The notes beneath the pieces are model-generated. The model saw nothing but the letters and a program-made list of their open reading frames with translations, was not told where the DNA came from and did not search any database. This document shows positions 1-11,909 of a stretch of DNA of 64,000 nucleotides, piece by piece; within the stretch, counting starts at the first letter, position 1, and every line of letters begins with the position of its first letter. The translations under genes were made by a program, and so were the position numbers. The stretch is from assembly GCA_028534125.1 (NCBI GenBank), contig CM052816.1:25918001-25982000 (forward strand), written 5' to 3'. Origin of the DNA: Lama glama (taxonomy: Eukaryota).

Positions 1-9
1 ATTTGGTAT

Positions 10-196
10 CAGAGACACTCAGGTTAGACCCTGAATCTGTACCCTTTGGTTTTATGTCCCTGGACAAGTTATTTAAAACTCAATGAATATCAATTCTCTC
101 ATCTATAAGGTAGGGATAATACAACAAAATGAGTCTGTATTAAGAGATTTAAATAAGGTAATGCATTGCAAAGATAATACTTGCACAATAAACATT
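10..196 (+). mobile_element. MIR SINE, old and degraded
   Basis: MIR core-like 'tggacaagttatttaaaactc...ctcatctataaggtagggataata...gagatttaaataaggtaatgca'. Confidence 0.65.
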
Positions 197-2161
197 CTTC
201 TTTCCCATCCCCTTTCCTATCTCAACATAACATCAGGAGGTGTGAGGTGTGCAGTATTCATCAACAGCTAACTGGGATAGATTTGCAAACTTTCTGACTT
301 CTCTGTCCTCAAAATCGATCGAGAAATAAATAGAAAATTGAGCTGGGATAATTTCATTATTTCAGAAGTCAAAATCTTGACTGTAAGAGAGTGTTTATCT
401 AACCAAACACCTTTGAAATTCTCAGCAGCAGACAACATACTTCAGCCGTATTTTATGGAAGGACAGAATGAGGGTGTTCGAAGAGATTTTAAGTATCGTC
501 TGGTCCAATTGTCCAGCTGCTGCTCTGATCCCCTCTATTTTACAACTCGGTCCTGTCTGAACCCACACAGAGAACAGGCCCCCGCAGGGGTGGGGGTTGG
601 GGTGTCACGAGGCTGGAATTTCATCTGCAGAGCAGCAGGCTGGGCTACAACCCAGTTCACCTTGTTAAATATGTTTCTTCTGCACTGGGCCCAGTCTGCA
701 AGCCTTCAAGGTCCCTAGGTAAGTTGAGGAAGTGATCCCCCGCTTGTCCTGGGTGGTTATCTCTGTGCCTCCTCCAGGGGACCATAGCAGTTGCCCAGGA
801 ACCTCTACCTGGAGTAGCTCCACCCAGGCCTGTGCCATCTTGGCCGATCTAGAGTCTAGACCATTTGCTACCCTTGCCCTTTGGTCCTTCATTGTTCTGG
901 ACAGAGTGACAAATTTGACATACCGATTTTTAAAGTGTTAATGATTATCTCCTCTCTTGAGATTATCTTCATCCTAAAGGTGACTTGTAAAGCTACAGTG
1001 GCCTCAGCAGCAGGAGTGAAACAGGACAGCCTGGGATTTGAGCAGCATCGTGGTGGAGGGATCCTGGGACAGCGACCTCCGCACCATACAAGGTATTTAC
1101 CTTCTGTCTTTTAGTAAGATTAGTGTGGACAAGTGTTCATGGGCACCAGGAACGGAGACTATCTCTTTCCAGTTACAAGATTATTCAGTGCAATTGAAAT
1201 GCTTTAGCATAAGATTGAAATAACCCAGGAAAGACTGATTCCTATCACGTTAACAACTAAATGCCTCAGCAGTTCAAGGTTTCTAAAAAAGAAAAGCCAG
1301 TGCAACTGCTCCATGTTTAAATCTGGCACCTTTTTAAGTGGCTGTGAACAGGTAAGGGAGGCCCACGGTGAGCCCCTCTGACGGGGGAGCTGGGAATTGT
1401 CACCCCATCATCACAAGGCTTTGCTTTTAAGAAGTAAATACCTGAGTAGCGGATGGGGCTTCAGCTGGAAACACCAGGCACAGTTATAGAAAATCTGTGT
1501 GTGAAAGAGCTCAAGCTAATGCTGTGAGAATCAGAAGGAGAAATTATTCAGAAAAGTGGCCTCCCAAAGAGACGGCTGTTGCCTATGCCAGTACCTGCCC
1601 GGGCCTGGAGGTGTCTGCTCTCCCCAGCCACGACTGCAGAGCGTGAAGAGAAAGTCAGACATTGTGAATTCAGTCTTTTCTTGGTTCTGCCAGATGCTCT
1701 GAGTGTTGGTGTCATGTTTATCCAAGTTGAAAAACAAATCAACAAAAGAATGTTTTTGTTGTATTTTCTTCTGTGGCGAGTCCTCCTCTCGATGAACCTA
1801 CAGGCCGTTTGTCTCATTTGGTAAATATGCGTCTTCCAAGTCATGCATCAGTTTCTGTCTCCAGCTCTCTCCGTGGTAATTTCATTTAACAGATGACTTT
1901 ATATACTCTCAGCCACTCAGCATTGATTTGACCGCTATGTGGAAGGCTTTAGCAGGAAGGTCTAGTGGAGGTAAACGCGTTCAGCTCTCCTCTCTTTATC
2001 CTCTCTCTTGCCTCCCTCCTGTCTTTAAGAAAGAAGATCATTTTCCTTTTTTGCAAATTTTCCCTTTCTTGCTCTCTTGCTCCTCTCTCCTCCCTTCCTG
2101 GGGCCCTTACCCTCGGCTGTATATAGCCAACTGTCTCTTCTTTAATGCTGCCTTCTCTTCT

Positions 2162-2301
2162 TTTTTTTCAAGTTCTTTTTTTTTCTAATTTTTTTTTATT
2201 GAGGTTTGAGTCAGTTATAGTGTGTCAGTGTCTGGTGTACAGCACAATGCTTCAGCCCTACATATACATACATATATTCGTTTTCGTATTCTTTTTCGTT
2301 A
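2162..2301 (-). mobile_element. 5'-truncated young L1 3' end with poly(A) and 19-bp TSD
   Basis: T-rich tail followed by artiodactyl-type L1 3' terminus 'tctggtgtacagcacaatg...catatacatacatatattcg'. Direct repeats taatgctgccttctcttct (2143-2161) and taatgctgccttcccttct (2302-2320). Confidence 0.85.
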
Positions 2302-2389
2302 TAATGCTGCCTTCCCTTCTCACAGAAGCATGATCAGCTAAAAAGATCTCAGTTGCTCAACCATTTTATCCCTGGACGCATAATGCTGT

Positions 2390-3290
2390 CTCCCTCCTCT
2401 TCACCATCAAACTTCTCGATCTTTCTGTCGCCCTTGTCCCTTCTTCCTCACTGGATCTCAGTCCTCAACATTTCACAGTCTCGTGTAGAGATCTCCTCTC
2501 TGAGGAAGCCTTCCCCTTTCTACTGAAAGTGCTTCCTTGAGTGGCACCTGGTGATTGACAGATTCAGTGACATTTCTCTGAAGCCTGTGTCCTTGACCAT
2601 CTGCCACAGGCCCTGCTTTCTCCTCCCTAGGGTGCTAACCCCTGTCCCACTGTAATGCTTTGCTTTGAGTTTTGAACTCTTGTGTTTCCTTTGTGGTTCT
2701 TCTTGCTCCTTTTGCCCTCAGACTTAGATTTTGTTTTCCTCAGGCCACTATTCTCTTTTGTCTTGCCTTCAGGTTTCTTCTGTCCTCAGAACTCTAACTG
2801 CTGTTGTGTCTACGTTACCACTTACAAGCCTGTATTCCTATTAGTGACCCCTCTCCTATATTTCTGGCCACCTCCTCATGATATCCAGGTGTCCCCACTT
2901 TGTCTTATACTTAATAAGTCAGAAATCTAAACCCCTTTCCTCCCACTACATCAGCTTCTTTTTCATACTCCCCTGTCCCTTTCCAGGTGCTACCTACCAC
3001 CCACACTCACACCTTGGAGTCTTTTAACTCCTCCTAAATGTTCAGGAATTTGTACTTCTACTGTGCAGTTTCCCTTAGATACACCTGTTACTTTTTGGCA
3101 TTACGTAGTTTAGGTTCTCATTCCTTCTTGTTTTTACGAAAATAACTTCCTGAGTTGTGTCTCTGCTTCCTACTTCTCTTGCTCCAGGGCACTCACTCTG
3201 TATGCTACTGTAGAAACCTATATGGTCTAGTAGAAATACATGACAGCGTATTTCTCTGTGTACTCTGGTAGAGATCCTCCTATTCAAAAG
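2390..3290 (+). mobile_element. L2 LINE fragment(s), highly degraded
   Basis: Pyrimidine-rich tract with L2-like motifs ('tctactgaaagtgct', 'ccttggagtctttt', 'ctcctattcaaaa'). Boundaries approximate. Confidence 0.45.
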
Positions 3291-3927
3291 CATCAGGAAT
3301 TGGTAGCTTGTGGGTTAATAAAAAGATTGTCAGTTAAAACAAGGAATCATGAGTGATGATGGACACATACCTTAAACATTTTCTTTTAACTTAGAGCACA
3401 TCAGTGTGCATTACTCTAACACTTTCTGGGCCAGTGATTCATATTCTGCACATCCTTTTATGAATGAACGTCTCAACCGATGGTTTCTTTGTTTGTTTTT
3501 TTAAGTGGAAGAGGAACTTAAATTTTTGAAGAAATCTGAAAACAAAATTGTCCTGAATTTTTATGTTATCCCACCAGTCATTTATAATTTTTTCACCTAC
3601 ACCCAATTTGATGATATTAAAAAGCAAATTCAGGGAAAGTACAGATCTCTTTTCTTCAGTCACTTTTGTTTTATTAGTTTATTTTAAATAGTAAATAAAT
3701 GACATAATCATGATAACAAAGGCCATTTATATAAACTGACTGACGAGCAAACAACAGTTAGTTACTCTTGGTAAATATACAATACAACTGATGAGAGCAG
3801 AAGTACTCAGATACCCTGTTTAGAGAGGAGCCCATGAGTGATGAACGGAGCCATCTGTGTGTGGTGGCCAAGAATCGGGGCTGGGAAAGATCACAAGTCT
3901 GGGGATTTGGCTCTTTGGGGGTCTGTA

Positions 3928-4407
3928 AACCCTCCTCTGCTGTTGCTGGGAATGTAGTTTGGTGCAGCCATTATGGAAAACAATAAGGAGATTCCTCAAA
4001 AAGCTAAAAATAGACTTACCACATGCTCCAGCAGTCCTACTCCTGGGCATAGATCCAGAGAGAATCTTAATTCAGAAAGGTACATGCACCTCAATGTTCA
4101 TAGCAGCACTGTTTACAATAGCCAAGACATGGAAACAACCTAAATGTCCATCAGTAGATGACTGGATAAAGAAGCTGTGGTATATTTATACAATGGAATA
4201 CTACTCAGCCATAAAAAAGAATAGAACAATGCCATTTGCAGCAACATGGATCGACCTGGAGATCGTCATTCTAAGTGAAGTAAGCCAGAAAGAGAAAGAA
4301 AAATACCATATGCTATCACTCATATGTGGAATGTAAAAAAAGAAAAAAGGCAATAATGAAATTATGTACAAAACAGAAACAGACTAATAGACATAGTAAA
4401 CAAACTT
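3928..4407 (+). mobile_element. L1 fragment: ORF2p C-terminal end plus start of 3'UTR
   Basis: ORF 3959-4336 (VQPLWKT...CTSMFIAALFTIAKTWKQPKCPS...WYIYTMEYYSAIKKN...FAATW.DLE.VILSEVSQ) is the canonical L1 ORF2p C-terminus. The fragment ends at 'acatagtaaacaaactt' with no poly(A). Confidence 0.95.
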
Positions 4408-6956
4408 CACTGTATTTTCAAATTGCCCGGAGTTAGATATCTTTGCTTCTGAAATCCTAAAGAATACCACTAACAGTCTGTAGAGATAACTGACCTCACA
4501 GGAGTCTTACTTTGGGGTGGGGCTTGTGTGGTTGGAATCATAAGCTATTGCCCTACCAGTGACTTCTGCTATTGGCAGAGATGGCTACTAGTCTGCCACT
4601 CACCTGGGGGTCTTTTCAAAGTTTTTTTCAAAGAGGCTTAAAAGAAACACCTATGCAACAACAACCAAATTTTAAAAAATCAAAATGAACTCATTTATAC
4701 ACGTCTGATTTCAATGTAGAATTTCCATGGCAACATATCACTCATTGTTTAATGTTCAATAACTTAGAGACCAATTTTCCCATAAAACAATTGGGTAATG
4801 TTCAGATTCAGATTATAGGAATCTAGTTTGTTTATAAAATATTATGATCTTGAGCCTTTCAGTCTACCATGAGTTAATGTCTACTCTGGGAATTCGTGTC
4901 ATATTCCCTAACTAGAATCACTTCTGGAGAGCAAAAATAATTTAATGAGGGAAAAAAAATCATAAAAGAAATCGAGTGTACAAATCCATGCATTAAAATA
5001 TAATTTAGAAAACTGTTTCTGACTTTGAGTTCATCTGTGAACTGATTTTCCTGAGTCTCATCCTCTGTGAATACTGGTGCTGCCAAAAACCAGAATCAAA
5101 CATTTTAAAATGTTAGCCCAAAGCCAGCCAGACACCATCTTGAGAGTCTTGGAAAAGTGTTCCCCTTCCAAAATCAAGCCCACCCGTTCAGCACATGTTT
5201 CCAGAGGTCCATTGGCTGTTCGATAATGAGAGGTTCGGATTTCATTGACATGCGGAGTGGATTCTGAATTCTTGTAGGGCCCTCAGACCAGGCCCAGAAA
5301 AAGCCGGCTTGGACCTTTCTCTTGGATCTGTGTCACTGCGCTGTCACTGGGACTGCGGAAGCACTTGACAATGCAGCCCTGAACTCTGGTGCATGGATGA
5401 CTTGTTTTTCCAAAAGGAGAGAAGGCCGGCATTACTATGTAAGCAGAGGAAGTTGACACGATCTCACTCATGGGCCTCTCTTCTGTTTGTGTCAAGGAAT
5501 CAGGCTCCTCAGAACAGTCAGCCTTTCTTTCCGCCGCACACGGTTGTCGGCTTCATTTTCCTCATTCTTAACCTTTGCCTTCTCCTTGGAGTGAAGTGTG
5601 AAATACTGCCAAGACTCCACATTTTTTTCTGTTGACCTTCCTCACAACAGTCAGGAGGAGCAGGGTTAAAGATGTTTGTACACCTCCAAAAATAAGGCCA
5701 GCACACAGGACCAGGTCAGAACAGCCCCCACCAGTGGGAAGAGGTTACACACCCAGATGGGTGCAGAGAAGAATGTTGCTTTCCGTCTTGTACAACCTAC
5801 ATGGTAGCAACCTCGTTAAATGTCCAATTTAAATTAATGATGAAAATACCTTGTAAATAATGAAAGTCCCCCAAAGCCAAACAAGTACTAATTGCCTTTG
5901 AATCAGTCTTTCCCTTTAAAATTGTCTTAATCCAAGCAGCACATTAATTATTGAATGATACTTAAATCCTTGTGAAGTAAGAATTTAATTTGCCTCATTT
6001 TATATGATGATGTATTTTTATTACAGCATATTGCTGTACATATTGTCAAATTATAAATAATTCTATAGATAAGATTATTCTGAGAAACAGAAAATTTGAC
6101 TACTTGTAGCCAACAAGTAAATATACTGCACTACTCAAGATGTTTGAGAAGGTCTTCACCGCAGTCTCAGTTGTGATCAGAAAGCATTTTATTTTTGCTG
6201 GTTTGCTTCAGGGGAATGAGAGAGCTCTCTCTCTAAATGTATGGTGCCATTGTCAACTGGTTTGTTCGGAGTATTCTGTTACTGAATTTCCTGTCTCTCA
6301 TTTCTCAAGAAAGGAAAATTAAGAAGGAAACCACACATTATATAAGCATTTGAGAGTAGGGCGGGCGGCGTCATTGGATGGCTTGTGTATTAGGGCTCCG
6401 GCTCAAGGAAAGGGCCTATCTACCTCCTTCTCCCTTTGTATAACTTCTTACCGCACCTCCAGATGCGAACCAGAGGGCAAAATCGTCGTGGAACTCAGTT
6501 TTCACCCTGTGCTCTGTGTGTGCTGTGTGGCTTTGGCAGCCTCGGGTCTTCCAGGATCCCACACGGCACTCTAAGCCTCCAGGGGATCTGTCAGGAGAAA
6601 CCGCCCAGGGCCACCTGCTGCTTCCTTCACCTGTTACCCTAAAGGTTCCTTTCCTCTTACAGATCTGTTTATCATCTCCCTCACCCTTTACTCTTTGTTA
6701 ATTGTAACAGCTTAATAGCATTTCGGAAGACAAGAGAGAGGAAAAACCCATCTCCTGTAAGCAAATTAACCCAACACACATTAGTATCATTGGTTTTTAG
6801 CTACTGTAATCGCATCTCTTAAAAGAGGGTTTTGTTTTCTTATATAATTTGTAATCATGGAGTATGTTTTGGGTCTAATTTTTTTTACGGTTAACGCAGA
6901 AACATTGTTGCATGTTCCTAGAGTCTTCATCATTATAATTTAAAATAGCTATATAA

Positions 6957-7327
6957 AACATAGAAAACAAATTTATGGTTACCAAAGGGGAAAGAGGGGG
7001 ACAGATAAATTAGGAATTTATTAGGGATTAGCAGATGCAAACTACTATATATATATAGATAAACAACAATGTCCTGTATAGCACAGGGAACTCCATTCAG
7101 TATCTTGTAATAACGTATAATGAAAAAGAACATAGAAAAGAATATATATGTGTATAACTGAATCACTATGCTGTACACCAGAAACTAACACAACATAGTA
7201 AATCAAGTATACATCAATTTAAGAAAAACAAATATTTCTAAATGAAACAAACTAATCCAAATGTTTAAAGCATCATGTGATCTAGGATCACTCTTTAATA
7301 AATGAAAATAAGCCTAAAAATAAAAAA
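6957..7327 (+). mobile_element. 5'-truncated L1 3'UTR with 16-bp TSD and extra 3' segment
   Basis: L1 3'UTR 'tatggttaccaaagggg...gtatagcacagggaac...gaatcactatgctgtacaccagaaactaacacaaca'. TSD taaaatagctatataa (6941-6956) and taaaatagttatataa (7328-7343). Confidence 0.9.
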
Positions 7328-8340
7328 TAAAATAGTTATATAATAGTTCATGAAGAAAGTTCATCATTGAAGAATTCCTCCTTTTTTTAAGATTTAATTT
7401 TCTGTTGATTTTCTTTCACATATATGTGTAAGTAAGACTGTAATAATCGTATTCAGAACCCTTTCCCTTTACTGTTTCAGATGTCCTTAGACTAGAGGCC
7501 CAGCGTGGGTATACTGGCTCAGTGGACGTGAACATCGCATAGCTTGTAATACACCTGCCAAACTGCTCTCCAAAGAGGCTGTGCTGATTGATACTGCAGC
7601 AGTCACAGATAAAACTTCAGTTTCAGTGCGGCGGAGCTCATGCTATGTCTATTCAATGCCGCAGCCTCAGGAAAGAGCCAGAAAAATAGTACTAGTCAGT
7701 TCTATCCTCTGTGAAGAAATGAATATTGGTTACGGAAATCAGCTTCAAGTGATTATTAGGAGAGAAAATTGACATCTTTCACTGATAAGGCAAATTGGAG
7801 ACCACATTATGCCTAGATGTTCTGCTGTTGAAATTCTTCGTCTTTATTGTGTGTCTGTTGCTTATTCACATTTTGTAGGTATGGACTATTTTATTCATAA
7901 AGGTATCTTGATCAAGTCGTATTTCTATAGAAAACCTATTCAAGTGTGGAAGCATGTGTCAGACTCTGACTCAGCCGATTTTATCATGCCCTGCACAAAA
8001 ACCTCTCTAGACTCCATTACTTAGAGAGTAAATTCTGAGATCTTTATTGTGACATTTCAAGTCCTTCATTCCCTGGCCCCAGACTTCCTTCCATCCTAAT
8101 CTTTACTGCACGTTCTCTGTATGCCAGTCAAGCAGTGATATGTCCTGTTCCCCAAATGCTCCTCGCCGTCCTTGCTCTTGCTCTGTCCTCACACCGTGTC
8201 TTCACTGTCCCATCGAAATTCTACTCTGGTTTCAGGAAGTTGAGAGTCAGGCCCTCCCACAATCTTCCCTGCTTCCTAGGCATCCTTTTCCTCCCAAATG
8301 CCTGTAATTTCTTCCAACGCTGGACCATGGTCAAACTTTT

Positions 8341-8568
8341 GTTGTTGTTGCTTTTCAAAATTTATTTCAGCCCATGATTTACTTTATCTCTTTAGCTACA
8401 TTTTTGCAGTGCCCCCACCCCCACCCCCGCTTTATTGGGGTATAATTGACAAATGAAAATTGTATATATTTAAGGTGTACAATGTGATGATGTGATATTC
8501 ATGTACATGGTGGAATGATTGCCACAATCAAGCTAACTGACACATCCATCACCTCACATAGCTCCCTG
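8341..8568 (-). mobile_element. L1MA-like 3' end (8430-8565) with diverged 20-bp TSD
   Basis: 'tttattggggtataattgacaaatgaaaattgtatatatttaaggtgtacaatgtgatg...catccatcacctcacatag'. Flanks 8321-8340 and 8569-8588 match at 16/20. Confidence 0.8.
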
Positions 8569-8984
8569 TGGACTGTGGTAAAAGTTTTACTTCTGTCTTA
8601 AAGTGCTTCTCTTGTTCTCTCCCATAGTTAGTGCTTGTGAACTTGTCAAATCCTATTAAGTCGTAATATTTTTGAGGAGAGGAAAACTTCTTATTCATTT
8701 GTTAATTATTTACAATAATTAGCAATGTGTCATATATAGTAGAATTGACTATTACATACAGTGTTAATAAATATTTGTTTATTTAAAGTGTATACATTGA
8801 GCTCAAGAGACCCTCATTAGTGTCACCCATCATTTAGCAGCAGCCATTAGAAGACAGACATAAATCTCAAGAGGAAGTAACTAGACATCTACTCTCTCAT
8901 GGTAACTGATGTGAAGAATCCTGACCCTCAAGTGTTTTGAGATCCTTAAGTTCCTCCTGAATCATCAAAGATAAAATGATGCTT

Positions 8985-9570
8985 ATTAGACTCTTTCAGG
9001 TTGAAAAGGCACCAGTATATCCAGGTTACTTCAATTAGGGTATTTATTGTAAGGATTCATAAAGAAGTAAAGAATGATTAGAAATGATCTCATTTAACAC
9101 ACAGCCGGGGGTCCTGGAGAACCAGAATTTTCAGCTCTGTGGCCTCGTTTCCTTGTCTTCTCAGCATAGGCCTCTGTTGCTACCACTGCAGAATTTTTCC
9201 ATTATGGTCAAGTAATAGTCAACTTTTGTTAGTCTTCACTACCATTGCTCTCTTCAAGAATCACCTTGTTGGGGTAGGATATAGCTCAGTGGTAGAGTAC
9301 ATGCTTAGCATGCATGGGGTCCTGGGTTTGATTCCCAGTACCTCCATTAAAAAAAAAGTCAAAAATAAAACAATGTAAGAGTGACTTTGTCATTCAAGTG
9401 GACGATCTGAATGGTTAGCCAAGCACAGCTGACTTGTGTCCTCCACCCAGCTTTCTATGGGTTGGACCACAGTCTACAAGGAGGAGACTACGTGCCAGAG
9501 CCTCCAGGCTGGGGTCCTACATGTGTCCAGGGAATGTGGCCCAGCCAGCTGTGCTGGGATGACTGTGACA
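8985..9570 (-). mobile_element. MaLR (MLT1-type) LTR remnant interrupted by a SINE
   Basis: 'agactctttcaggttgaaaagg...tatttattgtaaggattca...tggttagccaagcacagctgacttgtgtcc'. Weak similarity only. Confidence 0.4.
9271..9376 (+). mobile_element. tRNA-Ala-derived SINE (camelid Vic-1-like), short form
   Basis: Head 'atagctcagtggtagagtacatgcttagcatgcatggggtcctgggtttgattcccagtacctcca' plus A-rich tail. Diverged TSD at 9256-9270 and 9377-9391 (11/15). Confidence 0.85.
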
Positions 9571-9769
9571 ACAGTGTAAATTCTAACTGCCTTTTCCTAC
9601 ATGTGATTGACACTCAGTGTATTTTATCTCTTAAACTGGTTTAGTATTTCAATGTTAAATTATTTTCTAGTTTTGTAAAGTTGATTATGTTATATGTAAA
9701 TTCTATTAAGTTGAATTTTATTTAGAACATTTTCCAATTTTGATAGGTATTAGTGGATGCTTTACTTAA

Positions 9770-9975
9770 CAATTGCTAACTTTATAAAGCACTACTGTTG
9801 CAAATATATCTCCTTTAATCTTCTCATGTACTCTATAAGCTATTTTTATCCCCATTGCACAGATAAAGAAATTGAGGCTCAGGCAGATGTCTTAACTTGT
9901 CTAAAGGCACGTGACAGAGTCATCGAACCACAGTGTGAACCCAAGTTGGTCAAAGCTCAAAGCCTGTGCTTGCAC
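9770..9975 (-). mobile_element. MIR SINE
   Basis: 'atctcctttaatcttctca...tatccccattgcacagataaagaaattgaggctcag...acttgtctaaaggcac'. Confidence 0.75.
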
Positions 9976-11404
9976 TGTGTTTCAGCAGGGATAGTGTAGA
10001 GTTTGAATTATTTAACCACCATTTTTCTCTTTAAAAAAAAAAAAGATGGAAAACATATCAGGGTTTTATGTAAGTTTTAACTTCTTCACATTTCAGGATG
10101 AGTCTGGATATTTCACAAGTGAAATCAGGAGTAGTGAGGCTGAAAGGGCACAGACTGAACTTGGGCATTGTCAGTGCTGCTGCTCGGTCCACTGTGAGTG
10201 TTTCTTCCCCCACCCTTCACATGTCTGTTCTCAAATATTAGGAAATGACCCAGAACACCTCATCAATGAAAAAGAATGTGCACCGTGCTGTGACGGAGCT
10301 TTATACTAAAGGACTTTCAAGAGGGAGTTAACTCAATGGTGAAACAACCTTGCTCCCGTTTAAATAGCTTTTCCGAGGACGGCTTGCAGCTCAGGCATCA
10401 CTGTCGCCCTTATGAATACCCACAAAACAAGTGAAGCAACAAACTTAAATTTGCTAAACTTAAAACCTTTTTGCAGAAGAAACATAATAAAACAGGACCC
10501 AGTTTCTTTCTCTCTCTTTTTTTTAATCTAGAAGCTGAACTGGGTTCACAGTTGTGTTTCCGATTCAGTTATAATTTCAAAACTCACTATAGTTTCTCCT
10601 CAAATGTTATATTCCTTTTATCTGAAATTTCAGGTTTCTCTCTCCTGTTTCTTGGGATTTGCAAAGCAGCAAAATCGGCCAGTTTACATTCAAGATGTCT
10701 TGATCCTTTTCTCAGACTCCTGCCAGTGTACTTAACAAAGAATGATTAAAAGCTGTGTGTTCTGTTAGAACTGTTATAGTGTTTAAACAAGGAAGTCTGT
10801 GTTTGTTTAAGAGAATGGGGAAATGGTTATCTTGACAGATTAGACTGAAAAAACAGGACAGCCACAGTCTAGCACAGATGTCCACATTTGCCACTTGGTG
10901 GCTTTTTGAGGTATTCTAAACAAAACTTGCTTGTGCGCTGGTGCCTGTTCTCTGCTTGACACCTGACTGAGGAATGTGATTAAGAGCCGCTGCCAGGGCC
11001 TGGGTGTCTCTGTGGGCACAAGTTCCCAGGTTTGAAATTTCTCAGAGTCGGTTTAACTGTGTCATAATTAAACTCATGGAACACGAGAGGACTTTCTCTG
11101 TCTGGTTTTAAGACGCCGTTCCAGTGCGATTTCATCTCGCATCACGCAGTTCCCGTGGCTTCACTGCAGTCAGCATGCAGCTGAGCAGAAGCTGCGGGGA
11201 TTACCACGTTAATCAATCCCTGATAAATGTGATCTTCAATTGGGTGAAACATGGGGCAGCTGTGGTTAAGCGGCAATAGCACTAATGAAAATTCAGAACA
11301 CCTGACTCAAGCCCGCCCTCCCCCACTCGCGAGCTGTTTGCTCTTGGTTACGTCATCATTTAACGCTTCCAGGCTGACGTAGATGAGACGTGATAAAGGC
11401 GGCT

Positions 11405-11605
11405 CCCGCTTATTCGGGCGTCCTCGGTGCCAGGCGCTGCTGCCGGCCTGACGCACTGTACCTCGTCTTCTCCTCAGAAGAGCCCGATAAGGTGGGTACA
11501 CTTAGCTGCGCTGTTTCCTGTGCCATTTCAGAAAAGCTCAGAGTTCTGCCCAAAGTCCTCTTGGGTAGTGTGTAGCTGGGATGTTTGAACCCACGTCCGA
11601 CTAGG
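11405..11605 (-). mobile_element. MIR SINE remnant, unusually GC/CpG-rich
   Basis: 'gtgccaggcgctg...ctcctcagaagagcccgataaggtgggta...gctcagag...gcccaaagtc...gctgggatgtttgaaccca' follows the reverse complement of the MIR consensus. Confidence 0.55.
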
Positions 11606-11742
11606 ACACTATTGGATTTTGGCTTTCTCAGGCAATGTGATCTTCAAGGTAACTTCTGGCTGTGAAATCAACAGTTGTGAAATCTGAATACCTCGACATG
11701 GGTTTAAGTATGTCTACAAATACGTTAAAAAAGCCCAAAACT

Positions 11743-11900
11743 GGGGGTGAGGGGGGCAGGGCATAGCTCAGTGGTGGAGTGTGTGCCTCGCATGCATGAA
11801 TGAGGCCCTGGTTTCAATCCCTAGTATCTCCATTAAAAAAGGAGTAGGCCCAATTACCTCCTTCTCCTCACCAAAAAATTTTAAGTATAAAATATATTAA
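11743..11900 (+). mobile_element. tRNA-Ala-derived SINE (camelid Vic-1-like), long form
   Basis: 'catagctcagtggtggagtgtgtgcctcgcatgcatg...ccctggtttcaatccctagtatctccatt', then the 'ccaattacctcc' body and an A-rich tail. Confidence 0.85.
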
Positions 11901-11909
11901 AGAAAAAAG

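Noticed and set aside
3959..4336. 125-aa ORF as a host gene
   Set aside because: It is the L1 ORF2p C-terminus with no genuine start.
5278..5438. AG...GTAAG bounded segment as a coding exon
   Set aside because: Weak pyrimidine tract, a stop in the frame I read through, and no recognisable peptide.
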